Source of the DNA: Chloroflexota bacterium
GTDB taxonomy: Bacteria > Chloroflexota > Dehalococcoidia > UBA2979
DNA: 64,000 bases
Direction: 5' to 3'
Assembly: GCA_027593235.1 (NCBI GenBank)
Contig: JAQCIU010000005.1
Location: 32,001-96,000, forward strand
Numbering within the stretch: position 1 is the stretch's first letter; every line of letters begins with the position of its first letter. The translations under genes were made by a program, and so were the position numbers. Positions 12,673-22,652 of this stretch are shown in pieces. The notes beneath the pieces are model-generated. The model did no database searches. It was not told the origin of the DNA and saw only the letters and a list, made by a program, of their open reading frames with translations.

Positions 12673-14427
12673 TCAACGCAGTGCGAGCCGGTCCTGCGCG
12701 TCCCAGATCCGCTGCAGAATCGGTGCGCCCTCGGTCGCCGGATCGACGAACTCTGGACGGTACAGCCCGCGGTAGAGGTCGGGGTTGCCGCGAATGATCA
12801 CCGGGCGGATGCGGTACCCGATCAGCCGCTCGGCCGTGAAGCCCAGCTCCATCGCCATCCCCTGCGTGGTCTCCGTTGACCAGTCCTGGTCGAAGACGAA
12901 GTTGCCGAACGAGTAGGCGATCAGCGCGTCGCGTGCCTCGGGCGTGAGGTCACCGGCGGCGAGGTGTTCGACCGCCTGCACCCAGTGCGGGTGGTTTCCC
13001 AGCACCACCGTTGCGCCCGCCTCGATCGCGGCGTGCGCGTTCTCGACCTGGAAGGCCGTCGGATCCGAGGTGTACTCGATGCCCCAGCCCGCGCCCATCA
13101 CTACGTGGTCCGCGAGCGGGACCGCCGCCGAGACGTCCTCCCAGACGTAGGCCGTCTCGAGGGGCGCGGTGCCGGCCTGGTCCGGGCCGGCCCCATAGAA
13201 GGCCGCGGCGATCGAGTCGTAGGCAACGAAGGCGAAGGTGACCGGCCCGTTGAGCGTCTCGACCGTGAAGGTCGCGGGCGTCCGCGCCGCCGCCAGGTTT
13301 TCGCCCGCGCCAACCGTCTCGAGGCCAGCGTTGCGCAGGTTCTCGATCGTATCGAGGAGCGCATCCCTTGGGCTGCACCCGTCCCAGCAATCCATCGCGT
13401 GGTTGCCGGCGGTCACCACTACATCGATGCCGACGCGAGCGAAGGCGTTCGCTGCCTCGGCCGGTCCCTGCAGGTTGAAGGTCTCCACGCACGGGGTTGG
13501 CTCCGAGCGATCGGTCAGGCTGACCTCGAGTGGCGTAACCGCGATGTCCGCCGCGCGGATCAGGTCACCCGTGGCGTCGAACATCGAATCGAGGCTGCCG
13601 GTCGCGAGCAGCGCGGCGTGGGTGCAGCGCGCCGGAATCAGCTCGCCCGTCGCCAGCATCCCCGCCGGGTCGAAGGTCGGTGCCGCCTTGAAACCGGCGA
13701 GCGCCGCGAGGGTCGCCGCCTGACCGGCCGGCGCCGCGATCCAGCGCGCGTCGCGCAGCGGCGAGTCCGCCGCCGGGTCGCGGTACGGGTCATGGCCATC
13801 GACCACGAGCGCGAGCACACCGAGGCGTAACGCCTCCGGTTGCACCAGCGCCAGCGCGCCCGGCTCGCCTGCGACCCGCGCGACGATCTCCGCATCCGGT
13901 ACGAGCGTCGCCGCCAGCTCAGCGCGCGGGATGCCGAGGGCGTCCGCAATCGCGTCGGCCTCGCCGGCGGGGACATACGGGACGAGCGGCCTGGCGCTGC
14001 CACCGAGGTCTGACCAATCCGTGATCTCGCCGCGTAGTGCGGCGATCACCTCGGCGCGGGTCAGCTCCAGCACGTCGCGCCGCTGATCGGTGATCGCCGC
14101 CCAGCGCGCGAGCACAATCACCGCGGCTCCCGCGATCGGTGTATCGCTAATCGAGCGGCTCGCGGCCCGGCCGCGCGCCGGCACCACCACCAGTTCGCCG
14201 GAAGCGCCGACCGCCGCCGCGATCCGGTCGCGTTCCTCGGGATCCGCGATCTCGATGGCGACCGAGGCAGCGCCGCCGACGACGGCTGCGGTCGCGCTCG
14301 CGGCTGCCGTCGAGGCGGGCTCGGTCGGTACGGCCGTTTCCGGCGCCTCCGCCGTGGAGCAGGCGACGGTCGCAACGGCCAGCGCGGCAATGACGACGCT
14401 CGCGAGCATTACGGGGAGGCGGTTCAC
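12673..14427 (-). CDS. CapA/PgsA-family metallophosphatase lipoprotein with N-terminal PBP-like domain
   Basis: Lipobox-like VAC after a hydrophobic stretch; GEITDWSDLGG; AGNHAMD, GWGIEY, GNHPHWVQ, YSFGNFVFDQ; GTG overlaps the murB stop. Confidence 0.85.
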   Translation of the reverse strand: MNRLPVMLASVVIAALAVATVACSTAEAPETAVPTEPASTAAASATAAVVGGAASVAIEIADPEERDRIAAAVGASGELVVVPARGRAASRSISDTPIAGAAVIVLARWAAITDQRRDVLELTRAEVIAALRGEITDWSDLGGSARPLVPYVPAGEADAIADALGIPRAELAATLVPDAEIVARVAGEPGALALVQPEALRLGVLALVVDGHDPYRDPAADSPLRDARWIAAPAGQAATLAALAGFKAAPTFDPAGMLATGELIPARCTHAALLATGSLDSMFDATGDLIRAADIAVTPLEVSLTDRSEPTPCVETFNLQGPAEAANAFARVGIDVVVTAGNHAMDCWDGCSPRDALLDTIENLRNAGLETVGAGENLAAARTPATFTVETLNGPVTFAFVAYDSIAAAFYGAGPDQAGTAPLETAYVWEDVSAAVPLADHVVMGAGWGIEYTSDPTAFQVENAHAAIEAGATVVLGNHPHWVQAVEHLAAGDLTPEARDALIAYSFGNFVFDQDWSTETTQGMAMELGFTAERLIGYRIRPVIIRGNPDLYRGLYRPEFVDPATEGAPILQRIWDAQDRLALR

Positions 14428-15344
14428 CGGAAGACCTCTGGCGCGACGCCGTCGCCCCACCACTCCACCTCGGGCGCCAGCGTCACGCCGCTGTCCTCGG
14501 CGACCCGCGTGCGGACCGCGAGCATCAACGCGGCGACATCGGCGGCGATCGCCGTGCCGTCGTGGACGATGAAATTGGCGTGCAGCTCGCTGACACGCGC
14601 GCCGCCGACGGTGAGGCCTTTGCAGCCGGCCGCCTCGATCAGGCGCCCCGCGTGGTCGCCATCGGGGTTCCGAAAGATCGATCCGGCGTTGCGCTCGGCC
14701 GTCGGCTGACTCGCCTGACGCGCATCGAGGAGCCGGGTCATCTCCGCTTCGCACTCGGCGCGTGGCCGCGCTTCGAGGCGCAGCGTTGCCGCGAGGACGA
14801 TCGCTCCGCTCCCGCGCAGGCTGGTGGTGCGATAACCGAACTCGAGCTGGTCACGACCAAGCGACCGCACCGCGCCACCCTCGAGGATGTCGACAGCCTC
14901 GACCAGCCCGCCAATGTCGCGACCGTCGCCGATGCCGGCGTTGCTCTGCAGCGCGCCACCGACGGTCCCGGGGATCCCGATCGCGAACTCGAGGCCGCCG
15001 AGGTCGTGTGCCGCAGCGGCACGGGCGAGCGCCGGGAGCATCACGCCGCTGCCCGCGGTGACCCGCGCGCCCTCGAACGCGACGTTGCCGCAGGCGGCGC
15101 GTAGCGACAGGACCACGGCGGTCACGCCAGCCTCGGCGATCAGCGTGTTTGAACCACCACCGAGGACGCGCAGCGGGAGTTCGGCGGTCGCCGCCCACGC
15201 GGCGATGCGTCGCAGGGCCTCGAGGTCCGTCGGTTCACCGAAGTATGCGGCCGGGCCGCCCAGGCGCAGGTAGGTATGGCGCGCGAGCGGCTCGTCGCGG
15301 CGCAGTGCGAGATCGGGCGGGGCCTCGGGCAGCGTCCGTGCCAT
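14424..15344 (-). CDS. murB: UDP-N-acetylenolpyruvoylglucosamine reductase
   Basis: HTYLRLGGPA, LGGGSN, GIPGTVGGA, FGYRTT, AGSIFRNP, VSELHANF. Confidence 0.93.
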   Translation of the reverse strand: MARTLPEAPPDLALRRDEPLARHTYLRLGGPAAYFGEPTDLEALRRIAAWAATAELPLRVLGGGSNTLIAEAGVTAVVLSLRAACGNVAFEGARVTAGSGVMLPALARAAAAHDLGGLEFAIGIPGTVGGALQSNAGIGDGRDIGGLVEAVDILEGGAVRSLGRDQLEFGYRTTSLRGSGAIVLAATLRLEARPRAECEAEMTRLLDARQASQPTAERNAGSIFRNPDGDHAGRLIEAAGCKGLTVGGARVSELHANFIVHDGTAIAADVAALMLAVRTRVAEDSGVTLAPEVEWWGDGVAPEVFR

Positions 15345-15392
15345 CCAACGATGGTAGACGCGCATGCGTCGAGGCGCCGCCGGTTCGCTCGG

Positions 15393-16781
15393 CTAGAGCG
15401 GCGGCGCCTGGCGATGGAAGTCGGTCGCCTGCTGATAGGCATGGCCAATCCGCAATGCCTTCGCGTCCTGCCACAGCGCGGTCGAAATCATCAGGCCGGT
15501 CGGCAACCCATCCTCGTCGAACCCGTTCGGCACGCTGAGCGATGGCTGGTGCGTGTCGTCGAAGACCGCGGTGTTGCGGAACTTCGCGGCGGGCGGGCTT
15601 TCCGTGGTCGGGTCCTCGGCGATCGGCTCGGCGACGATCGGCGACGTCGGCGCCAGGTAGCCATCGATGCCCGCGAGGCCGGCCTCGTACTTCGCTTCCA
15701 CGACCTTCCGGAACTCCAGCGCGCGGATATAGCTCGCGACCGGCGTCTCCAGCCCGCGCAGCATGCGGTGGCGCTGGGGTTCCGCGATGCCGGTGCCCTG
15801 CAACGAGACCTCGTTCAACGTCCCGGCCTCGGCGAGGATGATCGCGCCGACCTTCGCGCGCCAGTTGTCCTCGCCGGTGATCGGCTCGCGCTCGATGATC
15901 GTCGCGCCCAGCTCGCGAAGCACGGCGAGCGAGCGTTCGAAGTTCGCGAGCACCGCCGTCTCGCAATCGGATGCCAGCGACGGGATCACCGCCAGGGTCA
16001 TCCCAGCGACGCCATCCTCGAGGGTCGCGGTGAAGTCCTCGGGCGGACGGGCAATCGAATCCAGGTCGCGCGGATCGTAGCCAGCGAGGATGTTCAGCAT
16101 CAGCGCGCAGTCCTCGGCGGTGTGCGCCATCGGCCCCGCGTGATCGAGCGTCCCGGACAGCGGCAGCACCCCACCTCGGCTGACCAGCCCGTAGGTGGGC
16201 TTATGCCCGCTGATGCCGCAGAAGGCCGCCGGGATCCGGATCGATCCACCGGTGTCGCTGCCCAGCGCACCCAGTGCCTGACCCGCCGCGACCGCGGCGC
16301 CGGATCCGCCGGAAGAGCCGCCGGGCACGCGCCCCAGGTGCCACGGGTTATGGGTCGCGCCGAAGTAGGCGTTATTGGTCGTCCCGCCCAGCGCCAGTTC
16401 GTGGGTATTCGTCTTGCCGACGATCACCGCGCCGGCCTCGCGCAGCAGCCGCACGGTCGTGGCGTCCTCGGCGGGGACCCGCTCGCTCAGCGCGCCGGTC
16501 CCGCCCGCCGTGACCACCCCGGCGGTGTCGTACAGGTCCTTCACCGCGATCGGGATGCCATCGAGCGGGCCGAGCCGCTTCCGGGCGCGCGCCCGATCCG
16601 ACGCCGCCTCGGCCTCGGCGCGGCCGCTGACCGCGGTCAGCCGAACGAACGCGTTTAGTCGCTCGTCCGTCTCCTCGATGCGCGCGAGCGACGCCGCGAA
16701 CAGATCGAGCGGCGTGACCTTGCCCGCCTCGATCGCTGCATTGGCCTCGGTGATGCTCTGGTACGGGGGCGTGGGCGACAT
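15393..16781 (-). CDS. Amidase signature family protein (GatA-like fold)
   Basis: PIAVKDL, GGSSGGS, GSDTGGSIRIPA. Confidence 0.9.
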   Translation of the reverse strand: MSPTPPYQSITEANAAIEAGKVTPLDLFAASLARIEETDERLNAFVRLTAVSGRAEAEAASDRARARKRLGPLDGIPIAVKDLYDTAGVVTAGGTGALSERVPAEDATTVRLLREAGAVIVGKTNTHELALGGTTNNAYFGATHNPWHLGRVPGGSSGGSGAAVAAGQALGALGSDTGGSIRIPAAFCGISGHKPTYGLVSRGGVLPLSGTLDHAGPMAHTAEDCALMLNILAGYDPRDLDSIARPPEDFTATLEDGVAGMTLAVIPSLASDCETAVLANFERSLAVLRELGATIIEREPITGEDNWRAKVGAIILAEAGTLNEVSLQGTGIAEPQRHRMLRGLETPVASYIRALEFRKVVEAKYEAGLAGIDGYLAPTSPIVAEPIAEDPTTESPPAAKFRNTAVFDDTHQPSLSVPNGFDEDGLPTGLMISTALWQDAKALRIGHAYQQATDFHRQAPPL

Positions 16782-16922
16782 GGCTGCTCCGTTCATCCGA
16801 CAGGCGTGAGCGCAGCGTAGAGCAACGCTGTTTCGTTTGACCGTCCACCGGGCGCTGCCTAGGCTCGCGCTCATCGCGCGGGATTCCGTCACCCGCGCCC
16901 CCGACCGTCGAAGTGGAGACAC

Positions 16923-17459
16923 ATGATCGATTTCGGGCTCGTGGACGCAGTGGATGCCGAGGCCATCGGCGCGCCGGGCCAGCGCACCTTCCGGCTGCGC
17001 GCGAATAAGGACGAGAACTACGCCTCACTCTGGTTCGAGAAGGAGCAGCTCTCGCTCCTCGGTCGCGAGTTCTCCAAGCTCCTGGCGGAGCGATCGCGCC
17101 AGCGCGGGCGCCCGACGGAGTCGGTGGCGCCGATGGGGCCGTTCCCCGCGAATCCGCAGATCGATCTGCAGGTTGCCCGCCTCGGCCTGGACTTCGACGA
17201 AGACACGGAGCACATCGTCCTCCTAGCCGACGATGCACCCGCGTTGCAGCGCGGTGACAGCCCCACCTTCCGGATGGAGATCAGCCGCGCGCAGGCGATC
17301 GCCGCGATGCGCGCAATCGACGACGCCGTGTCCGGCGGCCGCCCACTCTGCCCGCTGTGCAATCGCGTCCTGGAAGATGACGGCGGCTGTATTGCCTGCC
17401 CGGGCAGCAACGGCCACAGCAAAGAGGTTCCACTCCCGCCGGCGGCCGACGAGGACTAG
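16923..17459 (+). CDS. DUF3090 family protein
   Basis: AIGAPGQRTF, LWFEKEQL, C-terminal GRPLCPLC...CPGSNGH; RBS GGAG. Confidence 0.82.
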   Translation: MIDFGLVDAVDAEAIGAPGQRTFRLRANKDENYASLWFEKEQLSLLGREFSKLLAERSRQRGRPTESVAPMGPFPANPQIDLQVARLGLDFDEDTEHIVLLADDAPALQRGDSPTFRMEISRAQAIAAMRAIDDAVSGGRPLCPLCNRVLEDDGGCIACPGSNGHSKEVPLPPAADED

Positions 17460-17516
17460 CCCGCTTTCCGCCGCGCGCTCGCGACCGAGTAGGCTGCACC
17501 GATCGTCGGGACGGCC

Positions 17517-18848
17517 ATGACCGCAACCACTGCCACATCACGCCGCCGCCGGCCGTTCTACGGCTGGTGGATCGTCGTCGGCGCCGTCGTCGCCCAGTTC
17601 GCCTCGATGGGTGCGAGCGGACAGATCGGCGGCGTGTTCCTGCGCCCGATGACCGACGAACTCGGCTGGTCGGCGGCGCAGTACACCCTCGGTGGATCCG
17701 CCGCCTTCGTCTTTGGCGGCGTGGCAGGGTTTGTGATCGGGCCGCTGGTCGACCGGCATGGGCCACGACCGCTGATGCTGGTCGGCACCTTCAGCTACGC
17801 CGCCGCCCTCTTCGGGATGTCCCGCCAACAGGAGCTGTGGCAGTTCGTCCTGCTCTCGATGCTGGCGGGCGGCGCCGGCGTCTCGTTGGTCGGCCCGCTG
17901 GTCGTGAACATCACGCTCTCGAAGTGGTTCGTCGTGCGCCGTGGCTGGGCGATCGCCCTCGGATCGATCGGCATTTCGCTGTCGGGACTGATCACACCGA
18001 TCACGATGACACGGGTCGTCGACTCGATCGGCTGGCGCGACGCGTACGTGGTCCTCTCGATCGTCATCGTCGCGCTCCTCCTGCCCGTCGCCCTCGTGAT
18101 GCGGCGCAGCCCCGAGGACTACGGCCTCCTGCCGGACGGCCATCGCACCGACGGCAGCACGACGGAACAGAACGCCACCCGCGCCACCGCCGCGGCTCTC
18201 GACTCAGCCAACTCCTACACGCGCGGCGAGGCCATCCGCACCAGCGGCCTTTGGTCCCTGACCGTCGGCTTTGGCCTCAACCTCACCGCCATGTCCGCGA
18301 TCCTGGTGCACGGGATCCCGTTCATGACCGACGCCGGGTTCACCCGCACCGAGGCCGCAACCGGCTTCGCCGTGAACGGCTTCGCGAATCTCTGCTCCAA
18401 GTTCTTCTGGGGTTGGGGCTTGGCGCGCTTCCATCCGCGCTACCTGTCCTTCGGCGCCTTCTGCTCCTCCGGCGCGGGCGTCGCGTTGCTGCTCGTCGCC
18501 GCGCGAACGGACTCGCTGCCGATGATGTTCTTCGGCTTCTTCGCCTGGGGCTTCGGATTCGGCGGCACGATCCCGCTGGGGGAGTTCCTCTGGGCAAAGT
18601 ACTACGGGCGGCGCTACATCGGCGCGGTCCGCAGCGTCGGGGTGCCGTTCACGATCCTCTTCGGATCCGCCGGCCCGATCCTGGTCGGTCTCTTCTTCGA
18701 CTCGACCGGCGGCTACGAGGGCGCGTTCCTCGCACTCGTGCTCGTTTACGCGGTGGGCGGGCTCACGATCCTCACCTCGAAAGAGCCGCCCGCGAAGACG
18801 GGTACGCCGGCCGTGGAGCCGGGATCACGAGCGACGGCGCCGAACTGA
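17517..18848 (+). CDS. MFS transporter (OFA/MCT-like)
   Basis: FYGWWIV, GPLVDRHGPR motif A, about 12 hydrophobic segments. Confidence 0.9.
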   Translation: MTATTATSRRRRPFYGWWIVVGAVVAQFASMGASGQIGGVFLRPMTDELGWSAAQYTLGGSAAFVFGGVAGFVIGPLVDRHGPRPLMLVGTFSYAAALFGMSRQQELWQFVLLSMLAGGAGVSLVGPLVVNITLSKWFVVRRGWAIALGSIGISLSGLITPITMTRVVDSIGWRDAYVVLSIVIVALLLPVALVMRRSPEDYGLLPDGHRTDGSTTEQNATRATAAALDSANSYTRGEAIRTSGLWSLTVGFGLNLTAMSAILVHGIPFMTDAGFTRTEAATGFAVNGFANLCSKFFWGWGLARFHPRYLSFGAFCSSGAGVALLLVAARTDSLPMMFFGFFAWGFGFGGTIPLGEFLWAKYYGRRYIGAVRSVGVPFTILFGSAGPILVGLFFDSTGGYEGAFLALVLVYAVGGLTILTSKEPPAKTGTPAVEPGSRATAPN

Positions 18849-18884
18849 GGCACGCAGGGCGCGCCCTCGATGAATCGGTGACGC

Positions 18885-19235
18885 TCAGCCGAGCGCGACG
18901 ACGTACGAGTCGACCTCAGCGATCAGACCGTCGCGGAAGGTGAACAGGTCGCTGTAGGCGAAACGGAAGCGCCCGGCCTCGCGGTGAAGCCCGACGCCTG
19001 TCCCGGTCACCACCACGACATCGCCCGCCGCGATCGTTCGCTCGACGGTGAGTTCGGGGCTGCCCTCGAAGGCCGGGTTCTCGATCTCATCGTCGAACTC
19101 GATCTTGCCGTGCGTGGTGCGCACACCGTGGATGCGCCACACGACATCGTCAGCGAGACACCGGAGGATCGCTTCGTGGTCGCTTCGCCGGAAGCCCTCC
19201 ATGTAGCGATCGATGACCTGCTGGTGAGTTGTCAT
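18885..19235 (-). CDS. SnoaL/NTF2-like protein
   Basis: LADDVVW...FTFRDGLI pattern; RBS GGAG. Confidence 0.8.
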   Translation of the reverse strand: MTTHQQVIDRYMEGFRRSDHEAILRCLADDVVWRIHGVRTTHGKIEFDDEIENPAFEGSPELTVERTIAAGDVVVVTGTGVGLHREAGRFRFAYSDLFTFRDGLIAEVDSYVVALG

Positions 19236-19290
19236 CTCCGTCGACGCCGCTCGTCACCACGCCGGTGAGCACCGGCATTCGAGGTCGGCG

Positions 19291-19782
19291 CTACTTCTGC
19301 AGCGGACGGATCAGCAGCACCGCGGCCGACGGCGTGTGCCGAGCGACGTGGTCGGCGACCGATCCGAGGAGCGCGCGTCCGAGACCGGAACGGCCGTGGG
19401 TCGCGATGATCACGAGGTCACAACCGAGCCGCTCGACCACTGCGGTGATCGTCTGCGACGGCGAACCTTCGACGACCTCGATGCTGACCTTGCCCTCGGG
19501 CACGCCGGCCGCCACGAACTGGCCGACGGCAGCCGCGAGATTGGCCTCGGCCGCCTCGCGCTGGCCGGCGACGGCGCTCTCCGCGATGTCGACGGTGAGC
19601 TGGCCGCTGGGGATCGGTTCAATCGTCGCGGGAGTGGTCTCGGCGATGATCTGGGCGACCGAGTCGATCACCTGCAACAGCACCACGTCCGCGCCGACGC
19701 CTTTCGCGAGTTCGATCGCGTGCGAGATCGCCTGGTGAGACAGGTCGGACCCGTCGAGGGGCAACAAAATCTTCTTGTACAT
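19291..19782 (-). CDS. Universal stress protein
   Basis: MYKKILLPLDGS; ATHGRSGLGRALLGSVA. Confidence 0.92.
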   Translation of the reverse strand: MYKKILLPLDGSDLSHQAISHAIELAKGVGADVVLLQVIDSVAQIIAETTPATIEPIPSGQLTVDIAESAVAGQREAAEANLAAAVGQFVAAGVPEGKVSIEVVEGSPSQTITAVVERLGCDLVIIATHGRSGLGRALLGSVADHVARHTPSAAVLLIRPLQK

Positions 19783-19987
19783 CGGGGTCCGCCTTCGGCG
19801 TCGGTGCTGTTTCAGCGAGGCTGCCGGATCATAGGGAGCGCACGCACCACGCTCCATGGCCGCACGTCACCGCGCGATCGAGCGATCACCCCTTGCTACG
19901 ATGCCGGAGCGCCCGCCGACGGCGCATGCACCGTGTGTAACCCGTCAGTCGACCCGAGTCTGCCAGCCCGTGAGCGAGGAGCCTTCG

Positions 19988-21661
19988 ATGGCCTACGATC
20001 CCCGACAACACAGCGCCACCCTCGTCGATGGCCCCGACCGCGCACCCGCGCGGGCGATGCTCAAGTCGATCGGCTACACCAGCGACGACCTGAAGAAGCC
20101 GCTGGTCATGGTCGCCCATGAGTGGATCGGCACTATGCCCTGCAACTTCAGCCAGCGCGCGCTCGCGCAGCGCGTGATGCAGGGCGTCCGCGAGGCCGGC
20201 GGCACCCCCATGGAGGTGAACACCGTCTCGATCAGCGATGGCGTCACGATGGGTACCGAGGGCATGAAAGCCTCCCTGATCAGCCGCGAGCTGATCGCCG
20301 ATTCGATCGAGCTCTGCGGCGTCGGCTATGCCTTCGACGCGGTCGTCGTGATCGTCGGCTGCGATAAGACGATTCCCGCCGGCGCGATGGCGCTCGCGCG
20401 GCTGAACATCCCCGGCATCGTCCTCTACTCCGGCTCGATCGCACCCGGCCGCTTCCAGGATCACGACGTCACGATCCAGGACGTGTTCGAGGGCGTCGGC
20501 CAGCACGCCGCGGGCAACATGAGCGACGAGGACCTCGAAGCGCTGGAAAACGTGGCCTGCCCCGCGGCGGGTGCGTGCGGCGCTCAGTACACCGCCAACA
20601 CGATGGCGACCGTCCTCGAGTTCTGCGGAATCTCCCCGCTCGGCAGCGCGACGAGCGGTGCGACCGACCCGCGGAAGGAAGACGTCGGCGTCGCCACCGG
20701 CAAGCTCGTGATGGACGTCCTCAAGCGCGGCCAGCTCCCGCGCGACATCCTCACCCGCGAGGCGATCGAGAACGGCATCATGTGCGCCGCCGCCACCGGC
20801 GGATCCACCAATGCCGTCCTTCACCTGCTCGCCATCGCCTCCGAGGCAGGCGTGGAACTCAACATCGATGACTTCGACAGCGTCAGCGAACGTACCCCGC
20901 TGATCGGCGACCTCCGCCCCGGCGGCCAGTACGTGGCGCTCGACTGGGATGCCGCCGGCGGCACGCCGCTGCTCGCGCAGCGCTTGCTCGAGGCCGGCCT
21001 GCTCCACGGCAACGTGATGACCGTCACCGGCAAGACGATCGCCGAGGAGGCTGCGGCCGCCGTCGAGACCCCCGGCCAGCAAGTCATCCGGCCGCTCAGC
21101 AACCCGCTGAAGGCGACCGGCGGGCTCGTTATCCTCAAGGGCTCGCTCGCTCCCGAGGGCTGCGTGATCAAGGTCGCCGGACACGAGCGCATGACCCACC
21201 GCGGGCCGGCCCGCATCTTCGAGCGCGAGGAAGACTCGATGGACGCCGTGCTCGCCGGGCAGATCAAGGACGGCGACGTCGTCGTGATCCGTAACGAGGG
21301 CCCGAAGGGTGGCCCCGGGATGCGCGAGATGCTGGGCGTCACCGCCGCGCTGGTCGGCGAGGGTCTCGGCGAGACCGTGGCCCTGCTCACCGACGGCCGC
21401 TTCTCCGGCGCGACCCGCGGCCTGATGGCTGGCCATGTCGCTCCCGAGGCCGCCGACGGCGGACCGATTGCGCTCGTCCACGAGGGCGACATGATCTCCT
21501 TCGACATCCCGAACCGCCTGCTCAACCTCGAGGTCGCCGACGAGGAACTGGCCTCGCGCCGCGCGAACTGGACGCCGAACCCGCCGAACTACGAGCGCGG
21601 CGTCTTCGCCAAGTACGCGAAGCTCGTCTCCGGCGCCGAACTCGGCGCGATCACGCGGTAG
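19988..21661 (+). CDS. ilvD: Dihydroxy-acid dehydratase
   Basis: PCN, GCDKT, GGSTNAVLHL, EGPKGGPGMREM, TDGRFSGAT; RBS GAGGAG. Confidence 0.96.
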   Translation: MAYDPRQHSATLVDGPDRAPARAMLKSIGYTSDDLKKPLVMVAHEWIGTMPCNFSQRALAQRVMQGVREAGGTPMEVNTVSISDGVTMGTEGMKASLISRELIADSIELCGVGYAFDAVVVIVGCDKTIPAGAMALARLNIPGIVLYSGSIAPGRFQDHDVTIQDVFEGVGQHAAGNMSDEDLEALENVACPAAGACGAQYTANTMATVLEFCGISPLGSATSGATDPRKEDVGVATGKLVMDVLKRGQLPRDILTREAIENGIMCAAATGGSTNAVLHLLAIASEAGVELNIDDFDSVSERTPLIGDLRPGGQYVALDWDAAGGTPLLAQRLLEAGLLHGNVMTVTGKTIAEEAAAAVETPGQQVIRPLSNPLKATGGLVILKGSLAPEGCVIKVAGHERMTHRGPARIFEREEDSMDAVLAGQIKDGDVVVIRNEGPKGGPGMREMLGVTAALVGEGLGETVALLTDGRFSGATRGLMAGHVAPEAADGGPIALVHEGDMISFDIPNRLLNLEVADEELASRRANWTPNPPNYERGVFAKYAKLVSGAELGAITR

Positions 21662-21698
21662 GCCGCCGAGCCGGCGGCGGGTCGCGCGGAGCGTATCG

Positions 21699-22577
21699 AT
21701 GATCCTCGTCGTCGGCGGTAGTCGCTGGAGCGGCCGCGCCTTGCTCCCCGCGCTCGAGGGCCGCCCGCTGCGCACGCTGGTGAGCAGCGAGTTCGACGCC
21801 GTTCGCTATCGCGATCAGGGCATCGAGGCTGTCGCCGGTGACGTCCTCGAGGGCCGCGGGCTGGACACCGCGATGCGCGGCGTGCGCACGCTCGTCTACC
21901 TCGATCACGTCATGGACCAACCGGGCGACCCGGTCGCGAACGAACTCGAGGCCGTGCAGAACGCGCTGATCGCCGCGCGTGGCGCCGGGGTCGAGCGGGT
22001 GATCTTCCTCAGCCATGTGGCCGCCTCGGAAGAGGCGAGTGCGCGGCAGCTCGTCGCCCGCTGGGCCGCGGAGCTGGCGGTGCGGCAGTCCGAACTCGGC
22101 TGGGTCGTGCTGCGTACCCCGCTGGTCGTCGGCCGCGGCGCCGAGCCGTTCGAGGCGCTGTGTCGCACCGTCGATCGCCTCCCCGTCGTCCCGCTCTTCC
22201 GCTGGCGGCGCACCGAGGTCGAACCGGTCGCCGTCGGCGACGTGCTCGAAGCCATCCGGATCGCGATCGACGACGAGGAAATCCGCGAGCGCTCGTTCGA
22301 CATCTGCGGACCGGACCGTGTCCGCGTCGCGGACGTGGTGCGCGGCTGGGGCACTGCGAGCGGCAAGCGCCGCGCCTACCTCGCGGTGCCGGGCTGGGGC
22401 GAGCGTTTCGGCGAACAACTCGCCTGGACCGCGGCGCGTCTGCCGCGGCGCGAGACCCGCCTCGCCCTCGAAACACTGCGCGAGCGCCAGGTCTGCACCG
22501 ACCCCTCGCGCCGCTTCCCGCTCCCCCACCGCCCGCTCGGCTACCTCGCCGCGCTGGCGCAGGCGGCGAGTAGCTAG
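21699..22577 (+). CDS. NAD(P)H-binding atypical SDR (NDUFA9/YbjT-like)
   Basis: MILVVGGSRWSG degenerate Rossmann motif, AGDVL, GVERVIFLS, EPVAVGDV. Confidence 0.7.
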   Translation: MILVVGGSRWSGRALLPALEGRPLRTLVSSEFDAVRYRDQGIEAVAGDVLEGRGLDTAMRGVRTLVYLDHVMDQPGDPVANELEAVQNALIAARGAGVERVIFLSHVAASEEASARQLVARWAAELAVRQSELGWVVLRTPLVVGRGAEPFEALCRTVDRLPVVPLFRWRRTEVEPVAVGDVLEAIRIAIDDEEIRERSFDICGPDRVRVADVVRGWGTASGKRRAYLAVPGWGERFGEQLAWTAARLPRRETRLALETLRERQVCTDPSRRFPLPHRPLGYLAALAQAASS

Positions 22578-22652
22578 GACCGCCGGCAGTCCGCGAGCGC
22601 GCCCCCGTCAGCCCCGAATATCAGACCAATGACCGCAGACGGACGCGAAGCG

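Noticed and set aside
15393-16781. Amidase as gatA
   Set aside because: No gatB/gatC adjacent; only generic amidase-signature motifs seen
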